Below are positions 62,801-64,000 of a DNA stretch of 64,000 nucleotides, in pieces (the first letter of the stretch is position 1; every line of letters starts with the position of its first letter). The DNA is taken from positions 5,041,672 to 5,105,671 of the forward strand of contig CM082592.2 of NCBI GenBank assembly GCA_040954595.2, in the 5' to 3' direction. The stretch is from Balanoglossus misakiensis. Taxonomy: Eukaryota; Animalia; Hemichordata. The translations under genes and the position numbers were made by a program. The notes below the pieces were generated by a model. The model searched no databases. It was given only the letters and a program-made list of their open reading frames with translations, and was not told the DNA's origin.

Positions 62801-64000
62801 TTTTCATGGGCTATAACCCATGATTTTTGTCAAAATATGAAGAATTTTTGATATTTCGGAAGTCCAAAAATCGTCATTTTTGGATGATTTTCATGGGCTA
62901 TAACCCATGATTTTTGTCAAAATATGAAGAATTTTTGATATTTCGGAAAGTCCAAAAATCGTCATTTTTGGATGATTTTCATGGGCTATAACCCATGATT
63001 TTTGTCAAAATATGAAGAATTTTTGATATTTCGGAAAGTCCAAAAATCGTCATTTTTGGATGATTTTCATGGGCTATAACCCATGATTTTTGTCAAAATA
63101 TGAAGAATTTTTGATATTTCGGAAAGTCGAAAAATCGTCATTTTTGGATGATTTTCATGGGCTATAACCCATGATTTTTGTCAAAATATGAAGAATTTTT
63201 GATATTTCGGAAAGTCGAAAAATCGTCATTTTTGGATGATTTTCATGGGCTATAACCCATGATTTTTGTCAAAATATGAAGAATTTTTGATATTTCGGAA
63301 AGTCGAAAAATCGTCATTTTTGGATGATTTTCATGGGCTATAACCCATGATTTTTGTCAAAATATGAAGAATTTTTGATATTTCGGAAAGTCGAAAATCG
63401 TCATTTTTGGGATGATTTTCATGGGCTATAACCCATGATTTTTGTCAAAATATGAAGAATTTTTGATATTTCGGAAAGTCGAAAAATCGTCATTTTTGGA
63501 TGATTTTCATGGGCTATAACCCATGATTTTTGTCAAAATATGAAGAATTTTTGATATTTCGGAAAGTCCGAAAAATCGTCATTTTTGGATGATTTTCATG
63601 GGCTATAACCCATGATTTTTGTCAAAATATGAAGAATTTTTGATATTTCGGAAAGTCCAAAAATCGTCATTTTTGGATGATTTTCATGGGCTATAACCCA
63701 TGATTTTTGTCAAAATATGAAGAATTTTTGATATTTCCGGAAAGTCCAAAAATCGTCATTTTGGATGATTTTCATGGGCTATAACCCATGATTTTGTCAA
63801 AATATGAAGAATTTTTGATATTTCGGAAAGTCCAAAATCGTCATTTTTGGATGATTTTCATGGGCTATAACCCAGGATTTTTGTCAAAATAATGAAGAAT
63901 TTTTGATATTTCGGAAAGTCCAAAAATCGTCATTTTTGGATTGATTTTCATGGGCTATAACCCATGATTTTTGTCAAAATATGAAGAATTTTTGATATTT
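50860..64000 (-). repeat. 88-bp satellite, reverse-complement arm (about 149 monomers, open at the window end)
   Basis: Tandem copies of the reverse complement of the same monomer (CATGGGCTATAACCCATGATTTTTGTCAAAATATGAAG...). Confidence 0.98.

Noticed and set aside
47411-64000. CRISPR-like array (regular repeats containing a palindrome)
   Set aside because: There are no unique spacers: the whole 88-bp unit repeats. No cas genes are present and the context is eukaryotic and intron-containing.

Overview
Eukaryotic (metazoan) genomic DNA. A marine invertebrate deuterostome is my inference from gene structure and repeat style, not proven. The window holds a complete six-exon nicotinic acetylcholine receptor (nAChR) alpha-subunit gene on + (CDS about 24823-37982, about 510 aa when spliced, vertebrate neuronal-type exon sizes 140/45/110), with a candidate extra 21-nt in-frame microexon at 29657-29677. 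A second, tandem nAChR paralogue follows (exon 1 about 43435-43528, exon 2 46967-47106). About 100 bp after its exon 2, a homogeneous 88-bp satellite begins and runs to the window end (about 17 kb). The array switches strand at about 50860, exactly at a palindrome carried by each monomer, forming a multi-kb inverted repeat. Bases 1-24000 are mostly non-coding, with microsatellites and non-autonomous DNA transposons (one with clear TIRs and a TSD at 19131-20372). Almost all other ORFs in the track look spurious. All coordinates and counts were read by eye.
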